A DNA stretch of 64,000 bases. Origin: Candidatus Binatia bacterium. GTDB taxonomy: Bacteria; Desulfobacterota; Binatia; UBA9968; JAJDTQ01. The DNA is taken from positions 8,719 through 72,718 of the forward strand of contig JAJDXX010000003.1 of NCBI GenBank assembly GCA_022823055.1. The letters are read 5' to 3'. The translations under genes and the position numbers were made by a program. This document shows positions 54,417 through 64,000 of this stretch, piece by piece. Below the pieces are notes generated by a model. It was not told where the DNA came from. It worked only from the letters and a program-made list of their open reading frames with translations, and ran no database searches. The number at the start of each line of letters is the position of its first letter. Position 1 is the stretch's first letter.

Positions 54417-55535
54417 ATGATCGTAATCGATGCCGACGCCCACGTGGAAGAGTCTCCAGCCACTTTCGCCGACGCCTACCTGGACCCCGCCTTCCGCAAG
54501 CGCAGGCCGCAGGTGGTCAACTCCGAGGGGCGGCTCTACTGGCGCGTCGAGGACCAGATCTACCCGCGCCTGTTCGGTCGCGGCTGCCACAACATGGGGA
54601 CGCCGGCGCACTACGAGGGGCAACGCTCCTTCTACACCGCATCCAAGCCGGAAAGCATCGAGAGCATCGAGATCAGCAGCCCGGACGCGCGCCTCAAGGA
54701 CATGGCCGACGAGGACCTGGGCGTGCAGGTCATCTACCCGAGCTTCTTCCTGGTCCATCCGCTGGTGGACGACCCCAATCTCGGCGCGGCCCTGTGCGGC
54801 TCCTACAACCGCTGGCTGGCGGACACCACGAGCTCCACGGACCAGCTCCACTGGACCGCGGTGGTGGACCTTCACAACCTCCCGGCATCGGTGGCGCAGG
54901 TGCGCGAAGCCAAGCGGCTGGGAGCGGTGGCGGTGATGATCCTCGGCACCGTGGGCGAGCGCACCCTGGACCACGCGAGCCTCTTCCCGTTCTACGAGGC
55001 GCTGGCGGAGGAGGACCTGACGCTGGCGGTCCACGTGGGGTGGTCGTGCCCGCCCCTGAGCAACATGTACGACCACCTCTACCCCGGCACCATCATCCCG
55101 TTCCTGGTGCCGCTGCTCATGGGCTTCACCGCCATGATCACCGGCGGCGTTCTGGACCGCTTCCCGACGCTGCGGGTGGCGTTCCTGGAGGCCGGCTGCC
55201 TCTGGGTCCACTTCCTCATGGACCGGCTGGAGCACCGCTTCGGCTTCACCACGCGATTCGGCAAGTCCATTCCCGAAGCCGCCCCCCGCGCCGCCGTCTC
55301 TCCCGCGGAATACATGAGCCGGGGCAACCTGTTCCTCAGCACCGAGGTGGAGGACCCGCTGCTGCCCCAGGTGCTCGACCTCGTGGGCGAGGACCGCATC
55401 GTCTTCGGCTCGGACATGCCCCACGGCGACCGCGACCGTTTCGCGGTGCGGGCGTTCCAGGAACGGCGGGACGTGAGCGAATCCGCCAAGGAGAAGATCC
55501 TCAACGCGAATCCGAAGCGGCTGTACGGGATCTGA
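54417..55535 (+). CDS. Amidohydrolase_2 paralog 4
   Basis: GGGAGG then ATG 54417. 'MIVIDADAHVEESP' and 'FGSDMPHGD'. Confidence 0.85.
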   Translation: MIVIDADAHVEESPATFADAYLDPAFRKRRPQVVNSEGRLYWRVEDQIYPRLFGRGCHNMGTPAHYEGQRSFYTASKPESIESIEISSPDARLKDMADEDLGVQVIYPSFFLVHPLVDDPNLGAALCGSYNRWLADTTSSTDQLHWTAVVDLHNLPASVAQVREAKRLGAVAVMILGTVGERTLDHASLFPFYEALAEEDLTLAVHVGWSCPPLSNMYDHLYPGTIIPFLVPLLMGFTAMITGGVLDRFPTLRVAFLEAGCLWVHFLMDRLEHRFGFTTRFGKSIPEAAPRAAVSPAEYMSRGNLFLSTEVEDPLLPQVLDLVGEDRIVFGSDMPHGDRDRFAVRAFQERRDVSESAKEKILNANPKRLYGI

Positions 55536-55551
55536 GCACGGGGGCGCCCGG

Positions 55552-55995
55552 TTACGGCAGGAACATGAAGCCGCGATACAGCGGGAGATAGAGGTAAACC
55601 ACGGCAACGTGGAGGAACGCCGCGCACACGAGCGCGGCGGCAACGGCCGCCACCCAGCCCACGCGCGCTTCCACGCGGTAGTAGGCCAGAACGGCGATCG
55701 GGAGGCCCCCGCGGAAGCCGACAAGCAGCACCAGCGCGAAGAAGACGGCGATCCACAGGAATGCGACGCGCGCCTTGGTGAGGTCCTCCGCGGCCGTGGC
55801 CGCAACCTCCGCGGATGCTGACCGCCTCCGCAGCACGTCGTCCGCCACCGCCCACACCGCCAGGCCAAGCCCGGCCACGCCGATGAGTAGTGGAAACGTG
55901 GCGGTTTCGGGCTCCCATCCCGAGGCGGTGAAGACGACGTAGGCGAACAGCGCCACGAAGGCGCTGCCCAGTGCGATTTCGCGCGCCGCCGTCAT
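55552..55995 (-). CDS. tctB: Tripartite tricarboxylate transporter small subunit (TctB)
   Basis: 147 aa, 4 TM. ATG overlaps the tctA stop (ATGA). Confidence 0.8.
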   Translation of the reverse strand: MTAAREIALGSAFVALFAYVVFTASGWEPETATFPLLIGVAGLGLAVWAVADDVLRRRSASAEVAATAAEDLTKARVAFLWIAVFFALVLLVGFRGGLPIAVLAYYRVEARVGWVAAVAAALVCAAFLHVAVVYLYLPLYRGFMFLP

Positions 55996-57467
55996 GTCCG
56001 GTCCACCCCCCGGCGCACCGCCACGAAGACCACCAGCGCCATGACCGCCATACACACCAGCGGGATGGGCCGGGCGAGAAACGCCACGCCGTAGCTGGCC
56101 AGGGAGATGGCCAAGTTGTTCTCCGCCAAGGGTCCGAGAATGAAACCCACCAGCAGAGGCGCGCGCGCCCAGTCGAGGCGCATCATGAAATAGCCCAGGA
56201 CGCCGAACACCAGGGTCAGCACCAGGGTCAACGGGTGCGGATAGGCGACGTACGAGCCGAACAGGACGAACAGCAGCAGTGCCGGGATCAGCAGGTTGCT
56301 CCTGAGAAACGCGATGCGCGCGGCCGGGCGGGTGATGGCGATGCATACGCCCGTGGCCAGCAGATTCGACAGCACCAGCACGAGGACCATGGAGAAGCTC
56401 AGGGACAGCTTCTCGCCCAGCATCTCGGGACCGGGGTTGATGCCCAGGATCAGGAACGCCGCCAAGAGGATAGCCGAGGTCGCACCCCCGGGGACGCCGA
56501 ACGCCAGCAGCGGCACCAACTCGCCGCCCGCCGAGGCGTTGTTGGCGCTCTCGGGAGCGATTACCCCCTTGATCTCGCCCTTGCCGAAGCGTTCCCGCTC
56601 CGCGGCGTCGGCCCCCTGCACCGCCATGCCGTAGGCGTAAAACGCCGCGGCGGTGCCGCCGATGCCCGGAATGGCACCGCCCACCACCCCCACCACAGCG
56701 CTCCGGACCATCAACCAGCGGTTGGCGATACACGCGTGGATGCCGGGCCAGAACCCCTCGCCCATATCCACGTGGGTGCGCTCCGCGATGCTGCCGCGCA
56801 TGGCCAGCGACACCACTTCGGGCAAGGCGAAGAGACCCATGATTATGGGGACCGTGTGGAGTCCGTCCAGCAGATAGTCGGAGCCGAAGGTGAACCGGGG
56901 TATCCCCAGTTGCGGATCCTGGCCCACGGTGCCGAGCCAGAGCCCCAATGCGCCGGCCAGCAGTCCCTTAACCGGCTTGACGCCGCTCAGGAAGCTGATC
57001 ATGAGGATGCCCAGCACCACCAGCATGAAGCGTTCGGGCGCGGCGAAGGCCAGCACCACGGGTTGCAGCGCGGGCAGGGCCACCAGCAGCACCAGCGCGC
57101 CCACGATGCCGCCCACGGCCGACACGGCGAACGCCGCGGTCAGACCGCGGGCGGCGTCGCCGTTGCGCGCCATGGGGTAGCCGTCCAGGATGGTGGCGGC
57201 GGCGCTGGGGCTGCCGGGGACGTTGAAGAAGAACGCCGGGAACGTGTTGGAGGTGTGCACCGCGGACACCAGCGACAGCATGATGGCGAAGGCCACGAAC
57301 GGCGACAGCGTCCACACGAACGGGAGCAGCAGCACGATACCGAGCACCGCGTTCAGGCCCGGCACCGCGCCAAAGACGAGTCCCAGCAACAGCCCCAGCA
57401 GCATCCCCCCGAACACGGGAAGCGTGAAGGTGATGCCCAGGGCCTCGTAGAACGCCTCGAGCGCCAT
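55992..57467 (-). CDS. tctA: Tripartite tricarboxylate transporter permease (TctA)
   Basis: 491 aa polytopic. 'GAVPGLNAVLGI' and 'GAIPGIGGTAAAF'. Confidence 0.9.
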   Translation of the reverse strand: MALEAFYEALGITFTLPVFGGMLLGLLLGLVFGAVPGLNAVLGIVLLLPFVWTLSPFVAFAIMLSLVSAVHTSNTFPAFFFNVPGSPSAAATILDGYPMARNGDAARGLTAAFAVSAVGGIVGALVLLVALPALQPVVLAFAAPERFMLVVLGILMISFLSGVKPVKGLLAGALGLWLGTVGQDPQLGIPRFTFGSDYLLDGLHTVPIIMGLFALPEVVSLAMRGSIAERTHVDMGEGFWPGIHACIANRWLMVRSAVVGVVGGAIPGIGGTAAAFYAYGMAVQGADAAERERFGKGEIKGVIAPESANNASAGGELVPLLAFGVPGGATSAILLAAFLILGINPGPEMLGEKLSLSFSMVLVLVLSNLLATGVCIAITRPAARIAFLRSNLLIPALLLFVLFGSYVAYPHPLTLVLTLVFGVLGYFMMRLDWARAPLLVGFILGPLAENNLAISLASYGVAFLARPIPLVCMAVMALVVFVAVRRGVDRT

Positions 57468-57496
57468 GGCGCGCTACGATACGCAGTCGGGTCGGA

Positions 57497-58543
57497 CTAT
57501 TTCAGCAGCGTCTTCAACCGCTCCTGAATGTCCGCGGACAGGTTGAAGACCGAGAGGATCAGATTCTCCGCCTCCTCGGCGTTCAACGTATTGAGCACGA
57601 ATCCCTGGTCGGTGGCGGTCTTGCGGAACTCGGGATCGGCCATCATGTCCGCCATGCCCTTCTTGAGGATGGCGGCGCGCTCAGGCGGCAGGCCCGGCGT
57701 CGCCGCGAACGGGCGGCTCGCGCTCAGGAGCCCGGAGAACGCCACCCAGGCGTCCCGGTCCTTGGGATCGTCGATGGCGTCCACGAATTTGGGAAGGGCC
57801 GCGACCTCCGCCTTCAGGGGCTCCGGAGGCGGCGCGCCGCCCATGGAGAGGACGAGCTTGATGGTGCCGTCCTTGTGCATCTCGCGTGTCGCCGTGTTGA
57901 CCATCACCGCCGAACCCGCCGTGGACACCGCGTCCACCTCGTCCTGCTTCATGGCCAGCGCCATGGGGTTGTACCCCTTGTAGCCGGCTACCAGGCGGAG
58001 GTTGAACTTGCCGGCGCGCTGCAGGAACTTGGGCGCTTGGGTCAGCAGCGAGCTGGGTCCGGACGCGCCGACGCGGATGGGCGTCTTGGTGGTCTGGAAG
58101 TCCTTGATGCTGCGCTCGGGCCGGTTCGACCGCAGCGCGAAGATGTAGTGCGCCCCGCCTACGCTGCCGAGCCACGTCAGCTTCTTGAAGTCGATGTCCT
58201 TGATGCCCCCGGTCAGGCTGCGCACGACCATGGGGCTGGTGAAGTGGATCAGCGACAGGCCGTCGGGCGCGGCCTTGTAAACGGACCTCAGTCCGATGAC
58301 GCCGCCGGCGCCCGGCCGATTGTTCACGATGGCCGCGGGATTGCCCGGTATGTGCTTGGGCAGAAACCTGGCCACGAGCCGCGACATGCGGTCGTAGGTG
58401 CCGCCCGTGGAGTAGGGACAAACGATGGTGATGGTCTTGCCGGCGTAGAAGTCCGCCGCTCCGGCTGTCGCAGCGGTGGCCACCAAGGCAACAAGGGCGA
58501 CGAGCAGCATGATCCCACGGATACGCGGATGTGTCTTCATCAT
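57497..58543 (-). CDS. tctC: Tripartite tricarboxylate transporter substrate-binding protein (TctC/Bug family)
   Basis: AGGAG then ATG 58543. Signal peptide, then 'FYAGKTITIVCPYSTGGTYDRMSRLVA' and 'NRPGAGGVIG'. Confidence 0.88.
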   Translation of the reverse strand: MMKTHPRIRGIMLLVALVALVATAATAGAADFYAGKTITIVCPYSTGGTYDRMSRLVARFLPKHIPGNPAAIVNNRPGAGGVIGLRSVYKAAPDGLSLIHFTSPMVVRSLTGGIKDIDFKKLTWLGSVGGAHYIFALRSNRPERSIKDFQTTKTPIRVGASGPSSLLTQAPKFLQRAGKFNLRLVAGYKGYNPMALAMKQDEVDAVSTAGSAVMVNTATREMHKDGTIKLVLSMGGAPPPEPLKAEVAALPKFVDAIDDPKDRDAWVAFSGLLSASRPFAATPGLPPERAAILKKGMADMMADPEFRKTATDQGFVLNTLNAEEAENLILSVFNLSADIQERLKTLLK

Positions 58544-58767
58544 GATCTCCTGTCTGACCGGGAGGTGCCCCGGCTTGGCCAACGTTGGCACACCAGTATC
58601 GCACCCAGCGACCGACTGCAAGCGCGCGGAAGGACCTCCATTGAATTCACGGGATCGAGAATACGCCGGCAACTGTTCCACGCAACGCAGCGTACGGGTG
58701 GGCCCGGCTACCATCGCCGGCGCCGCAAGCGGGAGGAATCTCAAGAAAAGGGAAGCCCCGTGACACG

Positions 58768-60609
58768 TCAGGATCGGCCGGCCGGGCGGGCGGGGTCCAT
58801 CGGGACATAGAGGGGCCATCCTCCCGACGCGACGGTCTTCAGCGAGTGGGGCGGTTGGTGGAACCGGATCCGGTAGATCCACAAGTTCGTGAGCACCCGC
58901 TCGATGAAGATGCGGGTCTCCCGGCTGGGTATGCTTTCGATGAACAGCAAGGGATCGTCCCGGTAGTCGACCCGGCGTTTCCATCGCCGCAACTTGGCCG
59001 GACCGCTGTTGTAGGCGGCCAATGCGAAAAAGAGGTTGCCGCGAACCTCCTCCTGGGAAAGCAGGTAACGGAGATACTTCTGGCCCAGGGTGACGTTGAG
59101 TACGGGGTCCAGCAACTCGTGACGCCGCGCGCCGCGATAGGTCTTTCCCGCCACGACGCTGGCGGTCCGCGGCATGAGCTGCATCAGACCGCGCGCCCCG
59201 CGCGGGCTGCGGACACGCGCCCGGAACTTCGATTCCTGGCGCATCACGGCAAGCACCACGGCACGATCGACGGTGTAGCCGCCATCGGGCTTCCAGACCG
59301 GCAATGGATACAACGCCGCGTCCACCGGGACTCCGGTACGCAGCAGCAGACTCTCGGCCGTGCAGTACGACAAGTCCGCCAAACCCGATTCGGAGGCGAG
59401 GGCAAGCATCACCTGTGCCATCCGCGGGGACAGCCGGTGCGCGAAGCGCCGCAACTCGGTGCCCGCGCGCACGTGCTCGCCCACCTGGATCAAGGCCAGG
59501 GCGCGGCGCACCGGCTGCATGCTCAGCAAGGCCTCCAGGTCCTCGGCATTGAGCCGGCGCATGCCGAAGTCCAGGGAGGGTTGCCGGCGCAAGGCGGTCA
59601 GGGCCAGCAGCCCGTAGAAGGTACGCGGGTGGCGCGCCGCCGAGCGCAGCATCGGGACCACGCGAGCCGACTTGCCGGCCGCCCGATAGGAGCGGCTGGC
59701 CCAGTAGCCGCCGGCCGACGCCAGCCATGGTGTGACCGACCGCGACTCCGCCAGATCCCGGAAATAGCCGGCCGCGACCGAGGGCTTCCCCAAGCGCCAG
59801 GAAGCCAGCCCGGCCCACCAGTACGCAAGGGGAACGCGGTCGCCGGACCGCGCCAGCGCCCGGTGCGCCACGGCCAAGGCGTCGCGGTCCTTTCCGAAGA
59901 AGAAATAGCCGCGCGCGATCCAGACCAGATTCTCATCGAAGCTCACCGCGTCCAACGTGCCGTCGCGGCCCCGAGCCTCCAGAAAGCGGTAGGCCTTGGT
60001 AACCTGACCGCTGGACACCCACCGCCAGACCTGCCGCCGGATTTCCCGCGCCTCCGGCACAAGCTTCCGCGAACGTTCGCCGGTTTCCCGGGCGACCTCG
60101 CGACGGTCCTCGCCGCGCGTCCACCCCGCCGCCGGTTCCGGATCGGACTTGAGCTCGGGCACCAGCATCGCCCGAGCCGGTGACCGGGGCGATTTCCAGC
60201 CCTTGGGCTGGCGGCGCTTGGCCAGCCTGTAGACGCGCCGGGCGCCCGGATGGTCCGCGTAGGCCTCCATCCAGGTCCACAACTCACCGTAGGACGAGCG
60301 GTAGAGCGTCGGGTGCATCAACCGCTGAAAGCGCACGTGACCCATGAGCATGCGATCCCGGATGCGCGGGATCAGGGCATCCGCCTCCCGCCAGCGGCCG
60401 TCTTCCTGCAGCGCGAACACCTTGCGGTAGAGCGCGGCGTCACCACGGGACAGGAGCTTCGGCAGTTCCGCGACCCTGCGCTCCTCCACGCCGGGAGCCC
60501 GCAATGAGGCGGTCTTGACCGGCGGCGACGCCTGCGCGGACGCATCCGTGGCGACGAGCCCATAGCTCATCCCGAGCGCCAGCGCGATCATCGCTGCCCC
60601 TGTTTTCAT
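58768..60609 (-). CDS. Soluble lytic murein transglycosylase (Slt70-like)
   Basis: ATG 60609 with signal peptide. Superhelical N-terminal region. SLT domain 'MRQESKFRARVRSPRGARGLMQLMPRTA' and 'AAYNSGP'. Confidence 0.88.
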   Translation of the reverse strand: MKTGAAMIALALGMSYGLVATDASAQASPPVKTASLRAPGVEERRVAELPKLLSRGDAALYRKVFALQEDGRWREADALIPRIRDRMLMGHVRFQRLMHPTLYRSSYGELWTWMEAYADHPGARRVYRLAKRRQPKGWKSPRSPARAMLVPELKSDPEPAAGWTRGEDRREVARETGERSRKLVPEAREIRRQVWRWVSSGQVTKAYRFLEARGRDGTLDAVSFDENLVWIARGYFFFGKDRDALAVAHRALARSGDRVPLAYWWAGLASWRLGKPSVAAGYFRDLAESRSVTPWLASAGGYWASRSYRAAGKSARVVPMLRSAARHPRTFYGLLALTALRRQPSLDFGMRRLNAEDLEALLSMQPVRRALALIQVGEHVRAGTELRRFAHRLSPRMAQVMLALASESGLADLSYCTAESLLLRTGVPVDAALYPLPVWKPDGGYTVDRAVVLAVMRQESKFRARVRSPRGARGLMQLMPRTASVVAGKTYRGARRHELLDPVLNVTLGQKYLRYLLSQEEVRGNLFFALAAYNSGPAKLRRWKRRVDYRDDPLLFIESIPSRETRIFIERVLTNLWIYRIRFHQPPHSLKTVASGGWPLYVPMDPARPAGRS

Positions 60610-60747
60610 GGATCCCACGACGTCCTTTTCGATGGGGTTTGAATCGGCGGAACGGCAACCGGATGTCCTACCTATTTCATTTGGCCAAGGGTTGCAACCC
60701 CCTTTTTGGAAATTTTTCGTCCCGTAGAATTCTCCAAACACCCGGCG

Positions 60748-62268
60748 TTACTCCAAGACCCGCAACCGGCCCTCCACCCGTGGTGCAATGACTTCCCGCG
60801 CGGTGATATAGTCGATCACCTGGGTGGCCATCAGCGTACCGGCGCGGGACTCGATGAGCAGCGTCTTCCCGGCGAAGACCTCGTAGCCGTCCCCGCCCCG
60901 CGCCATGAAGTCGTTGGTGGCCAGGGTGTAAACATGGTCCGGGTCCAGGGGGGCGCCCTTGTGGCGTACCGCGACCACGCGGGCGCCTGCCGGCCGCCGG
61001 GGATCATAGTCCACCTCGATACCCGACACCTGCGGGAACCGGCCGGACCGCTTCTCGATGCCGCTGAAGCCGTTTTCCAACGCCGCGCGCAGCTCGCGGC
61101 CGGTCAACTCCAGCAACACGGTCTTGTTGCCGAACGGCAGCTCGCTCAGGACGTCCCGGCGGGTCAGCCGGCTACCCGGCGGATACACCTTCCCCGCGCG
61201 GATGCCGCCGCCGTTGGTCAACGCGACGTCCGCGCCCACGGCCAGGCGCATGGCGTCGGCCACGAGGTTGCCGATGGCCGTCTCACGAGTCCGCACCATG
61301 GTCCTGCGGCTGTCCAACTCGGTCTCGGTCGAGCCGATCTCGACGTCGAGCTCACGGGACAACCGGTCCCGGTAGGCCTGAACCGCTTTTGCCAGAACGG
61401 GGTCGGGATCCACGCGGCCGGTGTGGACGGCCCGGAAAGCCGGGCTCCACACGAACTTCTTCTTTCCGCGGGACTCCACCTCGTCCAGGGTAAGGTCGAT
61501 AACGGTGACCCAGTCCGCCTGCTGGCCCGATTCGGCGAACATCACGTCGCCATCGTAGTCCAGCCGCAGCCGGTGGTCGTCCCCGCTCAGGAGCACGTCC
61601 ACGGCCCCCTGACGCAGCAACGCGTCGTCCTCGGCGACATCCGTATGAGCCAGCGCCACCACCAGGTGCGCCCCGGCCGAGCGCAGAGCCTTGGCCTGCG
61701 CCCGGGCTACTCCGACCACCGGCGCGAAGGTCACGCTGCCCGGGCTCGATTTCACCGCCGTCCCCTGGGTCGTGAGGCCGAAGATCCCCACCTTGTAGCC
61801 TCCCGCGTCCACCATCAGCGAGGCGCGCGCGCCCTTGACGATCTTGCCGTCCGCGTCGATGTTGTTGGCACCGAGAATGGGGAACGTCGCCTCCGCGAAA
61901 CGCTGTTTCGCGACCTCCGGACCGAAGTCGTACTCGTGGTTGCCTATGGCCATGGCCGTCAGACCGATCCGGTTCAGCAGGTCGATCATGTGCGCGCCCT
62001 TGTCGATGCCGGACATCAGCGAGGGCGAAATCGCGTCACCCGCGAAGGTCACGAGCACGTGGGGCCGGCGCGCCCGTTCCGCCCGCACCACCGCCGCGAG
62101 GCGTGCAATGCCGCCCTGACCGTCCTTCTCCTCCATGCGGTCCAGGTCGTTGAAATGGACGATAGTGAGGGCCACGGACTTGGCGAGGCCGGGACTTACG
62201 ATCAGCACGACGGCGGCCAGAGCCAAGCCGGCGCAAAACAGGACATGCCATCTCGGAGCGCATTTCAT
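60748..62268 (-). CDS. Bifunctional metallophosphatase/5'-nucleotidase (UshA-like), secreted
   Basis: Signal peptide. 'IVHFNDLD', 'FAGDAISPS' and 'AIGNHEYDFG'. C-terminal 5'-nucleotidase domain. Confidence 0.9.
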   Translation of the reverse strand: MKCAPRWHVLFCAGLALAAVVLIVSPGLAKSVALTIVHFNDLDRMEEKDGQGGIARLAAVVRAERARRPHVLVTFAGDAISPSLMSGIDKGAHMIDLLNRIGLTAMAIGNHEYDFGPEVAKQRFAEATFPILGANNIDADGKIVKGARASLMVDAGGYKVGIFGLTTQGTAVKSSPGSVTFAPVVGVARAQAKALRSAGAHLVVALAHTDVAEDDALLRQGAVDVLLSGDDHRLRLDYDGDVMFAESGQQADWVTVIDLTLDEVESRGKKKFVWSPAFRAVHTGRVDPDPVLAKAVQAYRDRLSRELDVEIGSTETELDSRRTMVRTRETAIGNLVADAMRLAVGADVALTNGGGIRAGKVYPPGSRLTRRDVLSELPFGNKTVLLELTGRELRAALENGFSGIEKRSGRFPQVSGIEVDYDPRRPAGARVVAVRHKGAPLDPDHVYTLATNDFMARGGDGYEVFAGKTLLIESRAGTLMATQVIDYITAREVIAPRVEGRLRVLE

Positions 62269-62387
62269 CGAAGTTCCCTCAATCCCCTGTCTCCAATATA
62301 CATGCTTCGCGCATGACCGCTGCTTCTTTAGACTCTCGTTACGAAAAAAGTGAAGACGCCGGGATGGGGTGGAAAGGAGGCCAGGGC

Positions 62388-63575
62388 CTACGGACCCGGC
62401 AGTTCGTCGAAGGCGTGCGACTCGTGCCAGCGCCGGCTGACGATCAGCTTGCCTTCACGGGATTGCCGCTTGCGAAAACCCAGCAGGTGGAACAGCTCCA
62501 CCACGAACCACCTCGCGACTCGCGGGTCCACCACGAGTGTTCCCGGTGTATCCTGGTATCTTCGAACTCCCGGCAAGGCGGGCAGGAGGCGTTCGATGCG
62601 CAGCCGGCGCAGCCACTTGGCGACCCGCAGCCAGAACGGCCGCACCCGCCGGACCAGGAAGAACCCATCGGTGCCCTGCCCCTGGTAGAGCGGCATGAGG
62701 ATCTGGCCGGACTCGCTTGCACGGATGGGACCACGGCGGTCGCACGCCAGGAGCTGGCCGCGCTCCACCGGCTGGAAGTTCGCGAACCCGGGTTCCATGA
62801 CGAATTCGTCGCCGTCCCGGATCACGTGGTGATAGCGGACCTCCACCACCGGCGGCAACCCGTCCGTCTCCTCGTCATATGTGTCTAGGCCGTCGGCGGG
62901 GAGCGGAAAGTCTTCCGCGCGGATGCACCCCGCGGTGACGAGCACCGTGCGAATAGCGGCCAGGTGGATGGCCACGGCCGAGGGCGACTCGTGCTGCCCG
63001 CCCTCGAAACCCACGGCGACGTGCCCTTCCTCCCCCAGGTAGTTGAGGATGGTGCTCTCCAGCCGCTCCTCCAGCCCAAGCACCACCGGAGCGCCCAGCC
63101 GGAAGCCGAAACGGCGGTTCAGCAGGGTGTCACCGATGACCACGAAGGGAGTGCCCGCGGCGGAGGTCGTATGGAGGTCGAGGCACACCACCGGTCCGCG
63201 GCGTTGTGCCAGTTGGTCGTCGAGGTATGCCAGCAGCTCGCGCTGCTCGCGTTGCTCGGTGGTCGTGTCCGTCGATGGCACGCCCGCCCTCACCCGGCAC
63301 ACGCGTTCCTGCGACCAGGCGCGGTTGAAGTCCTCGTCGACGTAGCGGCAGCCCCGTGCTAGGGCGGCGCGGTTGCCGGCGAAACCCACGAACCTGCCCC
63401 GAAAGGGAACCTCGTGCGTGCGCAGGATTTCCAGCGCCCGCTGCAGCGCCACGGCACCAGCGGGCTCGTTGCCATGCATGCCGCCGATTCCGATGACCAG
63501 CGGTCCCGCGCTGTCGCCGCCGTAGCTGCTCAGGAGACGCGGGAAGATGCGCCCGGGGGCCGGGGAATCAGCCAT
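62388..63575 (-). CDS. Succinylglutamate desuccinylase/aspartoacylase (AstE/AspA, M14-like) family protein
   Basis: 'LVIGIGGMHGNEPAGAVAL', 'LDLHTTS' and 'VGFEGGQHESP'. Alternative GTG at 63590. Confidence 0.8.
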   Translation of the reverse strand: MADSPAPGRIFPRLLSSYGGDSAGPLVIGIGGMHGNEPAGAVALQRALEILRTHEVPFRGRFVGFAGNRAALARGCRYVDEDFNRAWSQERVCRVRAGVPSTDTTTEQREQRELLAYLDDQLAQRRGPVVCLDLHTTSAAGTPFVVIGDTLLNRRFGFRLGAPVVLGLEERLESTILNYLGEEGHVAVGFEGGQHESPSAVAIHLAAIRTVLVTAGCIRAEDFPLPADGLDTYDEETDGLPPVVEVRYHHVIRDGDEFVMEPGFANFQPVERGQLLACDRRGPIRASESGQILMPLYQGQGTDGFFLVRRVRPFWLRVAKWLRRLRIERLLPALPGVRRYQDTPGTLVVDPRVARWFVVELFHLLGFRKRQSREGKLIVSRRWHESHAFDELPGP

Positions 63576-64000
63576 CTGCGTCCCCACCACCGAGCTGCTC
63601 CAGGAGACGGGCCGTGAGCTGGAGGATGTCGCTCTCCGTGACGATCCCCACCAGCCGGTCTTCCTTGACCACCAGCAGGTAATCGCTCTGGGCCTCGCGC
63701 ATGCGCGCCACCGCTTCGGAGACCGTGGCCTCGGGCGCGATGGTCACCGGATCCGGCTGCATCACCTCGCGCACCGGCACCGGCTCGCCGCCTTCTCTGG
63801 GCGCCGCCGGCGCCCACTGCCGCAACGCCTCGAAACAGGAGAGCAGGCCCGCCACCTTGCCGTCCTCGTCCTCCACGGGCACGTGTCGGATGCGCCGCCA
63901 GTCCATGAGGCGGATCACCAGGTCCATGGGTTCGTCCGGATGGACCGTGATCAGGTCCGTGGTCATGAACTCCTCGATGCGCAGGGCCTGGGGCTTGCCG
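63568..64000 (-). CDS. CBS-domain protein (5' end probably outside window)
   Basis: Two CBS motifs ('MTTDLITVHPDEPM..', 'VMQPDPVTIAPEATV..LLVVKEDRLVGIVTESDIL'). The frame stays open upstream of the ATG at 63966 to the window edge ('..LRIEEFMTTD'). Confidence 0.8.
   Translation of the reverse strand, partial: GKPQALRIEEFMTTDLITVHPDEPMDLVIRLMDWRRIRHVPVEDEDGKVAGLLSCFEALRQWAPAAPREGGEPVPVREVMQPDPVTIAPEATVSEAVARMREAQSDYLLVVKEDRLVGIVTESDILQLTARLLEQLGGGDADG

Overview
High-GC bacterial chromosomal segment; my spot counts of single 60-nt lines give about 65% G+C. It is densely coding, with about 70 CDS and one tRNA-Phe. Outer-membrane beta-barrel proteins, an Slt-type transglycosylase and AGGAG-type ribosome-binding sites point to a diderm heterotroph. 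I cannot assign a taxon from sequence alone.

Gene content from left to right:
- Envelope mannosylation genes (GT2-GtrA fusion, manC).
- A TVP38/MerA-like pair next to a DUF2064 gene.
- A co-directional iron/redox string: orphan nuoB, Rieske ferredoxin, Grx4, truncated hemoglobin, ferritin-like VIT1, tandem SagB-type nitroreductase, OMP.
- Housekeeping genes (zwf, prmA, rsmE, fxsA, MATE).
- Several catabolic modules built from amidohydrolase_2 paralogs, amidases, PBP-fold cytoplasmic proteins, ornithine-cyclodeaminase paralogs, two TRAP transporters and one TTT transporter.
- A split TPP decarboxylase (ComDE-like).
- A roughly 2.5 kb lower-GC islet carrying a DUF1640 gene, a long nicotinamidase-like gene and an SRA-like-HNH nuclease.

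The most striking non-genic signal is a family of nested palindromic repeats. Its core is GTCATTCCCGC-GGAA-GCGGGAATCCAGG plus a G-rich tail. A second module, GAGCGGAGTTTTGACACAG..CGCGGGAATGAC, accompanies it. The family fills four intergenic gaps, near 15.4, 20.5, 22.3 and 53.15 kb.

I found no CRISPR array, rRNA, transposase, integrase or recognisable multi-gene defence system. I could not identify a single clearly novel system. The findings are ranked hypotheses. All functional calls rest on motif recognition by eye, and no searches were run.
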